Shown here: positions 50,760-61,413 of the stretch, piece after piece
Layout of the letters: every line of letters starts with the position of its first letter
Numbering within the stretch: position 1 is the stretch's first letter
NCBI GenBank assembly: GCA_025057275.1
Contig: JANWXQ010000065.1
Coordinates: 20,511-84,510 of the forward strand
Length of the DNA stretch: 64,000 nt
Source: Chitinophagales bacterium
GTDB lineage: Bacteria > Bacteroidota > Bacteroidia > Chitinophagales > UBA10324
Reading direction: 5' to 3'
Position numbers and translations under genes: made by a program
The notes under the pieces: generated by a model
Told to the model about the DNA's origin: nothing
Database searches by the model: none
What the model saw: only the letters and a program-made list of their open reading frames with translations

Positions 50760-52328
50760 ATGACCCAAACACACGCAGGAATAATCCAAAGCATTGGCGG
50801 AGCCAGCAAAGTCCGAAGGCCTGGCTTTTACTGCCGGTTGCCTCTTCTGGCTGCTTTATGGATGGGGATCGCATCAGCTCCTTTGCAGATGCAGGCACAG
50901 GCCCGCTATCCTTCGCTAGAACCTTTTTTGTTTGTTCCTTTTTCTGATGGAGCCGATTCGCTTAACCTGACCGTTGAACTGCCGGTTGCGGAAGAACTGG
51001 AAACGCCCCGAACCTCCTTTGCTGATGTGGATGTTCCGATCTATTCCGATTCGGTTTACCGGCTTCGCCTGGAAATGCTTCATTCGGCGATTCCGCTGGA
51101 TTACAATCAGCAGGTACGCAATTACATTGACCTGTATGTGCTCAAGCGGCGCAATCAGGTGCGGCGCATGCTGGCGCTGAGCAAGTTTTATTATCCGTTG
51201 TTCGATCAGATTTTTCAGCAATACGGCATTCCGCCAGAAATGAAGCATTTATGCATCGTTGAATCTGCACTGAATCCGCACGCTGTATCGCGTGCGGGAG
51301 CCACGGGATTGTGGCAATTTATGTATTCCACCGCCAAGATCTACGGATTACAGATCAATCAGCATATTGATGAGCGGCGCGACATCATCCGATCGACCCA
51401 TGGCGCCGCCCAATACCTGAGCCGCATGTACCAGGTGTATGGCGATTGGCTGCTGGCTATTGCTTCCTACAATTGCGGACCGCAAAATGTCAACCGGGCT
51501 ATACAGCGATCGGGAAAGAATACCTTTTGGGAAATACAACCGTACCTGCCCCGTGAAACACGAGGCTATGTGCCGGCGTTTATTGCAGCCACATACGTCA
51601 TGACCTACTATTACCTGCATCAGCTTGAACCCGATTACGAAGCACTGAAGCACTGCTTTGATTCGCTGGCGACCGTGGTGGTGGACAGCCGGATGGCCTG
51701 CGAGCCCATAGCGCAATTTACCGGATTGCATCTGGAAGAACTGAAATTCCTCAATCCCGGCCTGCGTTGCAACATCATACCCGTTCTCAGTACGCCCTAT
51801 GAATTAAAGCTGCCCTCCGACCGTTTTCCCTTGTTTCTTCAATACCGCGACAGCATCATCCGGCATTCTGAACAGGCCAAACTGGTCTATTACTATGGCC
51901 CTGCACCCGGGCAGGTACGCACTTATACAGTGAAACCGGGCGACAACCTGAGCGCTATTGCCGCCCGCCATCGCGTTACCGTGGCCCAGCTCAAGAAATG
52001 GAATAACCTACGCAGCAGCCTGATTCGTCCGGGTCAGCGGCTTAAAATCTATTCATCGCGATATGAAGAAACTGCTTTACGCGAACCGGATTCTTCCGCA
52101 ACCTCCGGCTCTGCCTCTGCCAGTTCCGCAGCACCAAAATCTGCTAACGGCCAGTCCGGTAGCTCAGAGCAGCCGAAAGTGATTTATTACAAAGCGCGGT
52201 ATGGCGACACGTTGTGGAGCATTGCACGGCGGCACGGTACTACAGTAGAAAAGATCCGCTCATTGAACGGTGCCAAATGCGACCACCTGAAGGCCGGGAC
52301 TGTTCTTAAAATACATGCCAAAACGTAG
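50760..52328 (+). CDS. mltD: MltD-like lytic murein transglycosylase with two LysM domains
   Basis: IVESALNP, AGATGLWQFM, ASYNCG, ETRGYVP, YTVKPGDNL and GDTLWSIA. Confidence 0.9.
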   Translation: MTQTHAGIIQSIGGASKVRRPGFYCRLPLLAALWMGIASAPLQMQAQARYPSLEPFLFVPFSDGADSLNLTVELPVAEELETPRTSFADVDVPIYSDSVYRLRLEMLHSAIPLDYNQQVRNYIDLYVLKRRNQVRRMLALSKFYYPLFDQIFQQYGIPPEMKHLCIVESALNPHAVSRAGATGLWQFMYSTAKIYGLQINQHIDERRDIIRSTHGAAQYLSRMYQVYGDWLLAIASYNCGPQNVNRAIQRSGKNTFWEIQPYLPRETRGYVPAFIAATYVMTYYYLHQLEPDYEALKHCFDSLATVVVDSRMACEPIAQFTGLHLEELKFLNPGLRCNIIPVLSTPYELKLPSDRFPLFLQYRDSIIRHSEQAKLVYYYGPAPGQVRTYTVKPGDNLSAIAARHRVTVAQLKKWNNLRSSLIRPGQRLKIYSSRYEETALREPDSSATSGSASASSAAPKSANGQSGSSEQPKVIYYKARYGDTLWSIARRHGTTVEKIRSLNGAKCDHLKAGTVLKIHAKT

Positions 52329-52338
52329 GCTCCTGCCC

Positions 52339-52370
52339 TGCACATGTAGCGCTACAAGGGCCTATGTGCA
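52339..52370 (+). promoter_or_regulatory. Palindrome / nested inverted repeat upstream of the CHR-sulfotransferase unit
   Basis: TGTAGCGCTACA (52345-52356) is a perfect palindrome and is flanked by TGCACAT...ATGTGCA. Confidence 0.4.
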
Positions 52371-52421
52371 AGCTTTAATTTTTTTATTGATTGCTGACGT
52401 CATAGCTTTCCCGCGATTCTC

Positions 52422-53705
52422 ATGACGCAACCCGACGAACGTCTTGTTTCTGCTGAGCCGCAGCACGAGCAGCAACCCTTGAACCCCGCTCCGATTCCCT
52501 ACAGAACCCTTTTTGCCACCTTCTTTAAGGCAGGATGCCTGGGTTTCGGCGGATTCATGTCGTTGATCAGTGTGGTACAATCCATTCTGGTAGACAAGAA
52601 AAAGCTGCTGCGTCGTGAGGACATGCTGGATGCCATTACGCTGGCCAGCATTCTTCCCGGTCCGCAGGCCGTCAACGTAGTGGCCCTGTCAGGCAGCAGG
52701 CTACGAGGCACCCTGGGAGCTGTGGTAGCAGCCGTAGCCGTTATCCTGCCTTCGTTTGTCTTGATGCTGGGATTGAGTTTTTTTTACCAGCATTACGGCA
52801 CCAATCCGGTGGTGATGAATTTTTTCAAGGGATTCTTACCTGCCGTCACTGCAGTCATTGTCGGAGTGGCCTGGAAAATGACGCGCCAGCAGGTAAAGGG
52901 AAAACTGGATTTGTTTCTGCTGCTTTTGGCTGTTGCAGCCCTGGTGCTGATTCCCAAGGACCTGCGTTTGTATGTTACGTTTTTTCTGGTCATCGTTTGG
53001 GGATTGATCGGATACTACGCTTTTTACAAGAAAAATCCGGAGGCTTCGCATGTAGCCATGCCTGCCCCGAAAGCGAACCTTCGTTTTTCCGCCGGTGCTC
53101 TGGCTGCGACTTTAGGCATGGTAGTGGTGCTGATCGCGTTGCTGTACGTTCCGGTAGATCCACAACAATACGATTCGTTGTTCAACCTGTCGAAGACCTT
53201 CAGCGGACTCAGTGTCATGTTGTTTGGCGGAGGCTATGTAATCATTCCCATAATCCGCCATCATGTGGTGGAGGTGTTTGGCTGGCTGAGCGACAGTTCG
53301 TTTACCGATGCCATTGCGTTTAGTCAGGTAATGCCCGGGCCGATACTTATTGCTGCCACATTTATCGGTTTTCAGGTAAAAGGTTTCATGGGAGCTTTGC
53401 TGTCCACCATAGCTGTTTTTGCCCCGCCGGCCATTGTCATGGTGGTTGTTGCCCGTGTGGCCGATCTTTTAAAGCAAAGCGCTGCAGCAAAAGGGGTTTT
53501 GCGCGGCATTCGCAGCGGTGTCATCGGCATGATCTACTTTGCCGCCTTTGAACTGGCTACCACAGCCGACACCAGCTCCTGGTCGCAGATAATACCCTTC
53601 GTTGTAATTTTTGCTGCATCTTTGTACGCCATAATTCGACACAATTTGGATGTAGCTTACCTCATACCCGCAGCAGGTGTAGTAGGTTACTTTCTATACC
53701 AATAA
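52422..53705 (+). CDS. chrA: Long-chain chromate ion transporter (CHR) family protein
   Basis: Two homologous halves: GCLGFGGF...LPGP and MLFGGGY...MPGP. Confidence 0.88.
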   Translation: MTQPDERLVSAEPQHEQQPLNPAPIPYRTLFATFFKAGCLGFGGFMSLISVVQSILVDKKKLLRREDMLDAITLASILPGPQAVNVVALSGSRLRGTLGAVVAAVAVILPSFVLMLGLSFFYQHYGTNPVVMNFFKGFLPAVTAVIVGVAWKMTRQQVKGKLDLFLLLLAVAALVLIPKDLRLYVTFFLVIVWGLIGYYAFYKKNPEASHVAMPAPKANLRFSAGALAATLGMVVVLIALLYVPVDPQQYDSLFNLSKTFSGLSVMLFGGGYVIIPIIRHHVVEVFGWLSDSSFTDAIAFSQVMPGPILIAATFIGFQVKGFMGALLSTIAVFAPPAIVMVVVARVADLLKQSAAAKGVLRGIRSGVIGMIYFAAFELATTADTSSWSQIIPFVVIFAASLYAIIRHNLDVAYLIPAAGVVGYFLYQ

Positions 53706-53720
53706 CTCATAAACAAAACC

Positions 53721-54749
53721 ATGCAGGCTCTTTTTCTGGTGGGGGAACAACGCTCGGGTTCCAATTTACTGCGGCTGATGATCTCCAACACCCACGAGGT
53801 TGCGGCGCCCCATCCTCCTCATATCCTCCAGCGCATTGACCCCTATGTGCCCGTTCATCAGGCGCTCAGCGATGCGCAGTTTGAACTGATGACGGAGGTA
53901 GTTTGTGAACTGGTAGAAAAAAATCCTGTACCCTGGCTCAACACCGTGCTTCACCGCGATGAGGTCAAACGTCGGTGTCGTGAAAAGCATGTTATTGCCA
54001 TTTATGGTGCTGTTATGGACATCTATGCCGAATCGAATCATGCCAAAAAATGGATGTGCAAGAGCATGCAGAACATTCGCTGGGCCCGGCATCTGAACAA
54101 TTATTTTCAAAACAACAAATACATCTACCTGCACCGCGATCCGCGCGATGTAGCGCTTTCCTTCAGTAAAGCAGTCATCGGGGAGAAACATCCCTATTTC
54201 ACCGCTATGCAATGGAAGCAGTTGCAGCGGCTTTGTCTGGATGCCCGTTCCCAACTACCCACCGACCGCTTTTTTACCATTTCTTACGACCAGCTGATCA
54301 ACGACACAGAAAGCACGCTGCGAAATCTTTGTGGCTTTCTGCATATTGAATTCCGCAAAGAAATGATGCATTTCTACGAAAGCGAGGAAGCGCGCAACAC
54401 CGCCGCCTCCAGTTCGCTTTGGGAAAATGTGGCCAAGCCCATTATGCACCACAACACCAACAAGTTCCTCAAGGAACTGACGCAGGAACAGATCTGCATC
54501 ATTGAATCCATCACCGGTCCCGAAATGGATGAACTGGGTTACCGGAGATTGTACATCTCCAAGGGGGAAGAATTACAGTTTACCCCCAAACAGATTGAAG
54601 AATTCCGAAGGGAAAACGACCGGCTGAAAAAGGAAAAATCGCAACATACCGATCCTGAAGACCTGCGCAAGAGACGCAATCAGGAACAGGTTTTGGAAAA
54701 GCTGGCCCAAACGGTTAAGGAATGGGGGCTTAGCCCGCAGCATGCCTGA
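53721..54749 (+). CDS. PAPS-dependent sulfotransferase family protein
   Basis: 5'-PSB loop GEQRSGSNLLR, 3'-PB motif LHRDPRDVALS, ISYDQL. Confidence 0.88.
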   Translation: MQALFLVGEQRSGSNLLRLMISNTHEVAAPHPPHILQRIDPYVPVHQALSDAQFELMTEVVCELVEKNPVPWLNTVLHRDEVKRRCREKHVIAIYGAVMDIYAESNHAKKWMCKSMQNIRWARHLNNYFQNNKYIYLHRDPRDVALSFSKAVIGEKHPYFTAMQWKQLQRLCLDARSQLPTDRFFTISYDQLINDTESTLRNLCGFLHIEFRKEMMHFYESEEARNTAASSSLWENVAKPIMHHNTNKFLKELTQEQICIIESITGPEMDELGYRRLYISKGEELQFTPKQIEEFRRENDRLKKEKSQHTDPEDLRKRRNQEQVLEKLAQTVKEWGLSPQHA

Positions 54750-54776
54750 ACCTGGCCCGTAAAATACCTGAAAACT

Positions 54777-56963
54777 TTACCGAACCAGCAAGCGGGCTAC
54801 AACAACTCCGGTAGCCGCACGCATGCGGAGCAGATACGCTCCGGACGACAGACTGCTCACATCGGCCACGGCCTGTTGACCGTTAATTGACACAATCGGA
54901 ACAGCCCTTTGGCGGCCGCTCATGTCCCAAAATTCCAACTCGGGCACGCTTGCAAGGCCTTCCCACCGGATTACTACCCTGTCAGCAGAAGGATTGGGAT
55001 AAACCAGAACGCTCATGCCATTTGGTTCGGGAAGTCCGATCAGATAGCCGGGCAATTCTGTTCCCCCGGCATCCTTGTATCGGGCCACCCATTCCTGATA
55101 ATACTGATTGGCCAGACTGGCATCGTGGACAATAACGGTGTTTTCATCGTTTCGGAACTGAGCTGAGGAAGACCAGTTGTGCGAGCCGGTCAGCACCAGC
55201 GGATCCAGTCCGGGGGCATTGGCATCGGCCAACAGGTATTTGTGGTGCACCAGGTAGCTGTGTTTGGCTACAAAAAGTGTATTGGACATATTATCAAAAA
55301 GTATATCGAAAGCATAGTCGCCGTTTGTGGTATCATCGATCACCCCACCGCCCCAAACGCCCGCATCGGTACGTTCGTCGATGGAGTACGAAATGTTAAA
55401 CCGGGTGTATACATACACACAGAATTGCAGGTCGTGATCGGCGGTTTCGGCGGTGCGGCGGATGGCACTTTCGGTGTCATCGCTGGGACTGAAATACAAT
55501 TCAACCCTTCGCCCCCCTACATTAAACTCTTTCGGTGTGTTGTTCTTTTTATCGGGACCATACAGGCCGGAAAACATTTCCTCAAACTCCATGGTGTAGG
55601 CGCGGGCCAGACTTTGGTCCTGAAGGATGATGACATTGTTGGCGTCGTTATTGATCTGGTCGTTGGTGAAATTCATGGAACCGGTCCACACGATGGCATC
55701 GTTGGGATCGGACGAAAAGGCATCAATAACCACAAACTTGTTGTGCATGATGCCGTAGGTGCTGCCGGTCGGGCTGAGCTTCATTTGTCCGGCCGGTAAC
55801 AGCAACTGATTCCATGCGCCCATGTTCATGTTGTCGCCATCACCGATGATGCGCACGCTTACGCCGCGGTTATATGCAGCATTGATGGCATCCACAATGC
55901 CGTTGCTGTTGTCCATATTGTAAATGGCGATATCCAGCGTGTATTTGGCGCGGTTCAAATAAGCAATCAAGGTATCGTCCAATTGCTGGGGCAAAGACAC
56001 GGCCAGGGTTCCTTTCGCAACGGAATGATCCACACTTCGCGTGAAATAGGCCAATATTTTTCCCGACGAGAGCGACTGGGTCATCATGGGCATGACGGCA
56101 GAAAACGACGTGTCGCCTGTAGCGCTTACCGATGCCACCTGAACGTAATACAATGTAGTGGGAGTCAATCCGGATACCGTGATGTAGTGTTCGGTAACCA
56201 GGTTGTTATCCGAAACCAGACTGCCCAAAGCCGGAGTCAGGCCGTAATACACCAATGTGCTGCCCGGATTCTGCGTCTGGAAATACAGGTCAAACGAGGT
56301 AGGCTTGATGTTGTATTGATAAGGCGTAGTCAGCAAAACGGGAGGATTACCGCTTAAAACAAAATCATTCAAATCACGCGGCAACAGTTGATACGAACTC
56401 TGATACTGACTCATGATGCCAATCAGACCAATCTTTCCGGAGGGAATGGGCGTTCCGGCAATGTTGGTGGTAGAAACCACCCGCACTTCTGCCGAAACCA
56501 CCGTATTGTCGGTGGCCTGATAATTGGCACTGGCCAGGGAAAACGTGCCGGTGCTGATGAACTGGGAGTTGTTGAACCGCACCAGTTGACCTTCGTAAAG
56601 CTCGGCATAGCCCTGCTGCATGGTGAGCACTTTCGGAGCAGGAAGCGGATTGCCCGTGCTGATCACGGTGTAGCTGTTTACCGGAGATAACTCCAGCAGG
56701 TTGTTGAAGGAATAAAGCACACCGGTTGCTTCCACGCTGTCGCCGCGCTTCAGCCCGCTAAGCGATGTGGAATACAACCCGATGCCGGCAGTTCCGTCCT
56801 GAATGTAACGGATGGTGCCCAGTTCACTTCCATTAGTAACGATGCCGCGAACCGTAACTGTGGTGCCGATGGCCATGTTGCGTGCAGCCGCAATGCTGAT
56901 TACCTGCGCATGACCTTCCCTGAACCAGGTTAATACGAACAAAAGACCCAGGCACTTTTTCAT
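54777..56963 (-). CDS. T9SS-secreted phospholipase D-superfamily protein with OB-fold-like and FN3-like domains
   Basis: Signal peptide GHA-Q, two HxKxxxxD motifs (MHNKFVVID, VHHKYLLAD), TGSMNF/TGSHNW, VYPNPS CTD. Confidence 0.88.
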   Translation of the reverse strand: MKKCLGLLFVLTWFREGHAQVISIAAARNMAIGTTVTVRGIVTNGSELGTIRYIQDGTAGIGLYSTSLSGLKRGDSVEATGVLYSFNNLLELSPVNSYTVISTGNPLPAPKVLTMQQGYAELYEGQLVRFNNSQFISTGTFSLASANYQATDNTVVSAEVRVVSTTNIAGTPIPSGKIGLIGIMSQYQSSYQLLPRDLNDFVLSGNPPVLLTTPYQYNIKPTSFDLYFQTQNPGSTLVYYGLTPALGSLVSDNNLVTEHYITVSGLTPTTLYYVQVASVSATGDTSFSAVMPMMTQSLSSGKILAYFTRSVDHSVAKGTLAVSLPQQLDDTLIAYLNRAKYTLDIAIYNMDNSNGIVDAINAAYNRGVSVRIIGDGDNMNMGAWNQLLLPAGQMKLSPTGSTYGIMHNKFVVIDAFSSDPNDAIVWTGSMNFTNDQINNDANNVIILQDQSLARAYTMEFEEMFSGLYGPDKKNNTPKEFNVGGRRVELYFSPSDDTESAIRRTAETADHDLQFCVYVYTRFNISYSIDERTDAGVWGGGVIDDTTNGDYAFDILFDNMSNTLFVAKHSYLVHHKYLLADANAPGLDPLVLTGSHNWSSSAQFRNDENTVIVHDASLANQYYQEWVARYKDAGGTELPGYLIGLPEPNGMSVLVYPNPSADRVVIRWEGLASVPELEFWDMSGRQRAVPIVSINGQQAVADVSSLSSGAYLLRMRAATGVVVARLLVR

Positions 56964-57037
56964 TGTACAACGTTTTCGGAGCGAAGATAGAAATTCACTT
57001 TAGCCCGGCTTTCGTGCGTTTTCTGGGCAAAAGGCCA

Positions 57038-60000
57038 CTACTGCCTGCCGGCAACCACAAAAGGAAGCATTCGATGACCTGTGCTTTGGACAACGGAAAC
57101 CCAGTACATTCCGGCGGGCCAGAGGCGCACATCCAGAATGACGGGTGTTCCGATATCTGCGTCTTGCAGATTGGCATAAACACGACCTGACAGGTCAGCA
57201 ACGGTAATTCGCGTTCCGGCCTCACAGCCCATACAGTGCAGGCGAACCTGAGTTGTGGCAGGATTGGGATATATGCTGATGGATGAAACTCCGTCAGCCA
57301 GACTGCTGTACAGCAATACCACCACCTGTGCAACGGCCTGGTTGCTGCAGCTGTTGTTGTCCGTAAATGTGTACGTGATGGTATGTATGCCCGGTCCGGC
57401 AACAGCCGGATCAAATACGTTGCCATTCACAATACCCGGGCCGCTAAACGTTCCTCCTGAAGGAACACCTGTCAAAACAACAGGCTGCATCAGGGTGTGC
57501 ATAGTGTCCGGTAAACCCACGAACGACACTTGCGGCAAGGGAAACGCCTCCACAAAAAGCTGGACAATCGTATCGCATTGGTTAGTGACCTCTGTTGCAA
57601 TCAGCGTAAACAGGGTGGACTGCACGGGAATGGTCCAAATCTGCGCTGCTGCCCCGTCGGGCGGTACCGTTCCTTCCAGCAGCGGATACCATTGATAAGT
57701 AAAGTTCCCCTTTCCCAGGTTCACGGCTTCCAGCATAATGGTGTCGAAAGCACATACGGTGGTGGCATTCAATACTGCTTGAATCTGCGGATAGAAAACG
57801 GTGGCTGGCACCGGAGTACGTCCGCTGCTGCAACCCAACACCTGATAGTAAATACGCCCGTTGAACTGACGACTGCCGGTAACGGCTCCGAATGGATACA
57901 CCATGCCGATACCTTCCATGATGCTAATCAGCGAGTCGGAAGCAATCACCGGACTGCCGCCGGAAAACAGACTGTTCAACAGGTGCGGCGTGGTGGCGGT
58001 AACATACAGTGCCAAAGTCTGTCCCTTAGAAACAGAGATGGAGAGCGGTAAAGGCAAAGGCGTCAGTTGGCCAAGGCCCTTACCGGTCACTGTTACCGAG
58101 CCGGCACAAATCCATTTGTCTTCCTGGTTTTCATAACCCTCATAGGATCCTTTGCGATAATAAATTTTCAGCTTCAAATCAGCAATGGCAGCCAGGTGCA
58201 GATCCAGGCCGGTAATCATCAGATGCTCATGAGCATAAACCTGCAACATGGTTCCATGATCCGACACGCCACCATCTAATGATGTGGCAATAAACTGGGG
58301 CGGCGGCGGTCCTTCTTCCACCCAAACCGTATCAGAGCTCAGCAGGTTGGAAAGCACCAGCGATGTGCCCATGCCCAGAAATACGCCTCCCTGTGGCTCT
58401 GTGTACCAGCACAGCAGATCGGATTGCCCGCTGGCCGACAGGGTAAGTTTTCCCGTGCCGCATCGCTCGGCAGACAGGCCCGTGGGAGGTGGCGGCGTCA
58501 TCAGGTAGGTTATCTGAGCAGTGTCGCTAAAACTGGAGGCCGAGCAAGTTGCCCTTACCCGATAAATACCTGATGCAGCGGCAGTAATTGCGATTTGCTC
58601 CGAAGTGCTGCCGGGTAAATCCACAAACACCCCTGCAACCGGATCAAATTGTTGCCACTGCAACTGGGCTCCGGCCGTTTGATTCGTGACTTCAAGCACA
58701 ACACTTGACGTGTCGCAGATAAAAACCCAACTCGGTGTGATCAAGCCGGCAAACGGCTCTTGCAGCACGAACAAATCCACCTTCTGAACCGTACTGCAGC
58801 CCGTAACATCGTTAGTGACCCAGAGGCTGTATTGCGTGGTTTGCTGTGGACTGGCCAGCGGATTGGCCACTGTGGGATCGCTCAATCCTTCCGCAGGAAT
58901 CCATTGATAGGAATAGGTTTGCGGAATAAACCGGTAGGCGCTTTGCGAGGCCGTCCATGCTGTGGAATTACGCCCGGGCGCAACACTGGCCTGTAATCCC
59001 CCTTCGCCTTCCAGTCCCTGCGTATGTCCAAACCAGTTGCCTGAGGGATTGCCGGGCATTTGGGTGGTGTGAATTTCAATACGAAAATCTTCCTCATACA
59101 ATTCTGCACGCACGGTCACCGGATCTACCGGACCCGTTAAGGAAAAATGGGAAACACTGTCAAATCGCACTACCAGTTTGCGATGTGGTGCTGTGCCTGT
59201 AGTGTAATACGAAACGGTTCCGCCCAGATTCGGGGAAAGATCCTCCCAGGCTAAGGCAATAAGATTGTTGGGGGGAAATGGGTTGGGAAGCAACTGGCCC
59301 GTGCAACAGCCATCGCCGCTGGTCGGATCAAAGGTAATAAACCCATTAGAAGAAATGTAAAATGTATCGTATTGTTTTCCAAAAAAACCAAACGAAAAGC
59401 CAATGGGTAGCGGCGGGCTCAGTGCATCATCGGCCAGAGGAACCGGTATCCCCGCATTGTTATCGATTACGAAAGGCACTGGCTTTACCAGATAATTGAG
59501 CAGCGGCGTGGCTATGGCCGAAAGCTGGATGGACGTTCCGGCGCAAAGTGTGTCCTGCGAAGGGGTTACCTGAACGGAAGGAGGCTCATGGACCTGAACG
59601 AAAGCCTGAGCCTGACTGGTGCACCCCTCTAAAATTGCTGTTAACGTATAAACGGTGCTGACACTCGGAAAAGCCTTAATGGAAGGTTGGTCCGCTGCGG
59701 ATAAGCCAGCTGCCGGATGCCAATGATACGTCTGAAAACCTGCGGTAGCCGACAATTGCAAAGAATCAGCCTGATTCGTGCATACAGCAAATTGACCATT
59801 GCCGCTGGTGATAGTCAAAGCAGGCGGTGCCACCACATGCACCGGTACGGCTGTCCGCTCCGACAGGCATATGCCTCCGCTTACCACAATCCAATCATAG
59901 AAATAATGATAATACCCAGGACCCAGATTACTGGTTCGGATCTGTAACACGCCGGGCATTACGTACGGATAGGTAACACTGCCTTGCACGGTCCATAGCT

Positions 60001-61327
60001 TTTTGCTTTCGTCGCTGAGAAACAACTGAAAGCCGTTGCCGGGGTTGAGGCTGAAATTCAAGGGCACATAGGTTCGCTTTCCTACCTGCTGCGCGGCAAT
60101 GGAAACCACAACCTGTTGAAGGGTCGTAAAGGCGCTATCCCGCAAGTGGATGTATAACAAACCCTCATCGGAGGGATAAACATGAATGCCGGCCAAGGTG
60201 CAGGGATAAAACACATCAAAGACCAGAAAGCCGTTTTTGTAGCCATCGTCACCGGGCAAACCCGTTGGGTCTTTCATGCCTACACTGTCCATATACAACG
60301 AACCGGAAGCCGCAGCCGCATAAAAAGTGGTGCTTTGGGTAACGTAAACCGGCAGGGTATCACCCGGCACAGATGATGCAAAAGGAACCGAAGTAACCGG
60401 ATCGCTATACCACAGTATTTCTTCGGCATTGCCTGCGGCGGTCAGATGTGCAGTTCCTGAACCGCATAACGTGTCGCCAGTTGCTGAATCCATCCAAACG
60501 GGCCCTACCGAAATGTGTACCGGATTGGTGTATTGTTGCTGGCCGCTGGCCAGGCAGGTGACTGAAGCTCGGAAGAAAGTGGAAGTCGCCAATTGGCTTA
60601 TGGTTACCTGACTTTCGGTGGCTCCGCTCAGGATTTGCCAGTTGATGCCATCATCAGCCTGTTCCCACTGAAAAGCCAGTTGGCTGGCTGCGGAATAACC
60701 GGTCAGCAACAAGGTTACGTCCTGTCCAGACTGGCACAGGGAAGAAGGAAATGCCAGCACCGAGCCGGCCACCGGCATGCCGGAGCAGGCAGGGGCAGGC
60801 AAAACGCTGATGGTGTAGTCTTCGGTTTCGCCGTTGTCAAAAGGAGTGCAATAGTCAAACGGATAGATGATGGCACTTCGGGCGCTGCGCACGCGAAGTC
60901 TTCTTTGACCCAGGTAAGCATCGCCCAGGGGAACAGGAAAGGTGCCGGAAATCAAATCGTCCGTAACGCCGGGTGAACAGTAGATCAGCTCATGGGCATC
61001 GCCAAAGTCCTGGTCGTTGTTCCAATCGACCCAAATGCCAAATCCCTGGTCGTTGCCCGATCCGCTTCCGGGCTTCACTGAAAAGCTGATCGTGCTGCCC
61101 TGAGTCACACTGGTCGTCTTGTTGCCGGAGGCCGGATAAAGAATGTAGTTATCGGGGTTGCCGTTGCAGCCGCTGTTGCTGTTGTTGATGGTATGAAAGG
61201 TGAACTTGTTGATGTAGGAACCGGTGCCCGAACAGGAGTTGGTGTAAACAGGAATACAGTACTGTCCGTCAGCCCGAATGCCGATTGCAAAAAGAAATAA
61301 AAAGATACCGTGAAATCGCTTCCCCAT
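57038..61327 (-). CDS. Large T9SS-secreted GEVED-domain / Ig-repeat protein
   Basis: WVDWNNDQDF...GETEDY (GEVED), Ig-like modules, NIDO-like segment, SIYPNPA CTD. Confidence 0.85.
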   Translation of the reverse strand: MGKRFHGIFLFLFAIGIRADGQYCIPVYTNSCSGTGSYINKFTFHTINNSNSGCNGNPDNYILYPASGNKTTSVTQGSTISFSVKPGSGSGNDQGFGIWVDWNNDQDFGDAHELIYCSPGVTDDLISGTFPVPLGDAYLGQRRLRVRSARSAIIYPFDYCTPFDNGETEDYTISVLPAPACSGMPVAGSVLAFPSSLCQSGQDVTLLLTGYSAASQLAFQWEQADDGINWQILSGATESQVTISQLATSTFFRASVTCLASGQQQYTNPVHISVGPVWMDSATGDTLCGSGTAHLTAAGNAEEILWYSDPVTSVPFASSVPGDTLPVYVTQSTTFYAAAASGSLYMDSVGMKDPTGLPGDDGYKNGFLVFDVFYPCTLAGIHVYPSDEGLLYIHLRDSAFTTLQQVVVSIAAQQVGKRTYVPLNFSLNPGNGFQLFLSDESKKLWTVQGSVTYPYVMPGVLQIRTSNLGPGYYHYFYDWIVVSGGICLSERTAVPVHVVAPPALTITSGNGQFAVCTNQADSLQLSATAGFQTYHWHPAAGLSAADQPSIKAFPSVSTVYTLTAILEGCTSQAQAFVQVHEPPSVQVTPSQDTLCAGTSIQLSAIATPLLNYLVKPVPFVIDNNAGIPVPLADDALSPPLPIGFSFGFFGKQYDTFYISSNGFITFDPTSGDGCCTGQLLPNPFPPNNLIALAWEDLSPNLGGTVSYYTTGTAPHRKLVVRFDSVSHFSLTGPVDPVTVRAELYEEDFRIEIHTTQMPGNPSGNWFGHTQGLEGEGGLQASVAPGRNSTAWTASQSAYRFIPQTYSYQWIPAEGLSDPTVANPLASPQQTTQYSLWVTNDVTGCSTVQKVDLFVLQEPFAGLITPSWVFICDTSSVVLEVTNQTAGAQLQWQQFDPVAGVFVDLPGSTSEQIAITAAASGIYRVRATCSASSFSDTAQITYLMTPPPPTGLSAERCGTGKLTLSASGQSDLLCWYTEPQGGVFLGMGTSLVLSNLLSSDTVWVEEGPPPPQFIATSLDGGVSDHGTMLQVYAHEHLMITGLDLHLAAIADLKLKIYYRKGSYEGYENQEDKWICAGSVTVTGKGLGQLTPLPLPLSISVSKGQTLALYVTATTPHLLNSLFSGGSPVIASDSLISIMEGIGMVYPFGAVTGSRQFNGRIYYQVLGCSSGRTPVPATVFYPQIQAVLNATTVCAFDTIMLEAVNLGKGNFTYQWYPLLEGTVPPDGAAAQIWTIPVQSTLFTLIATEVTNQCDTIVQLFVEAFPLPQVSFVGLPDTMHTLMQPVVLTGVPSGGTFSGPGIVNGNVFDPAVAGPGIHTITYTFTDNNSCSNQAVAQVVVLLYSSLADGVSSISIYPNPATTQVRLHCMGCEAGTRITVADLSGRVYANLQDADIGTPVILDVRLWPAGMYWVSVVQSTGHRMLPFVVAGRQ

Positions 61328-61413
61328 GTGTCCAAATTTACGACGTTTGACAGGTCGGCCAGCAGAGGCAAAACAGTTGTTGCAGGTAAGATAATTTTGT
61401 ATCTAAGGCATTC

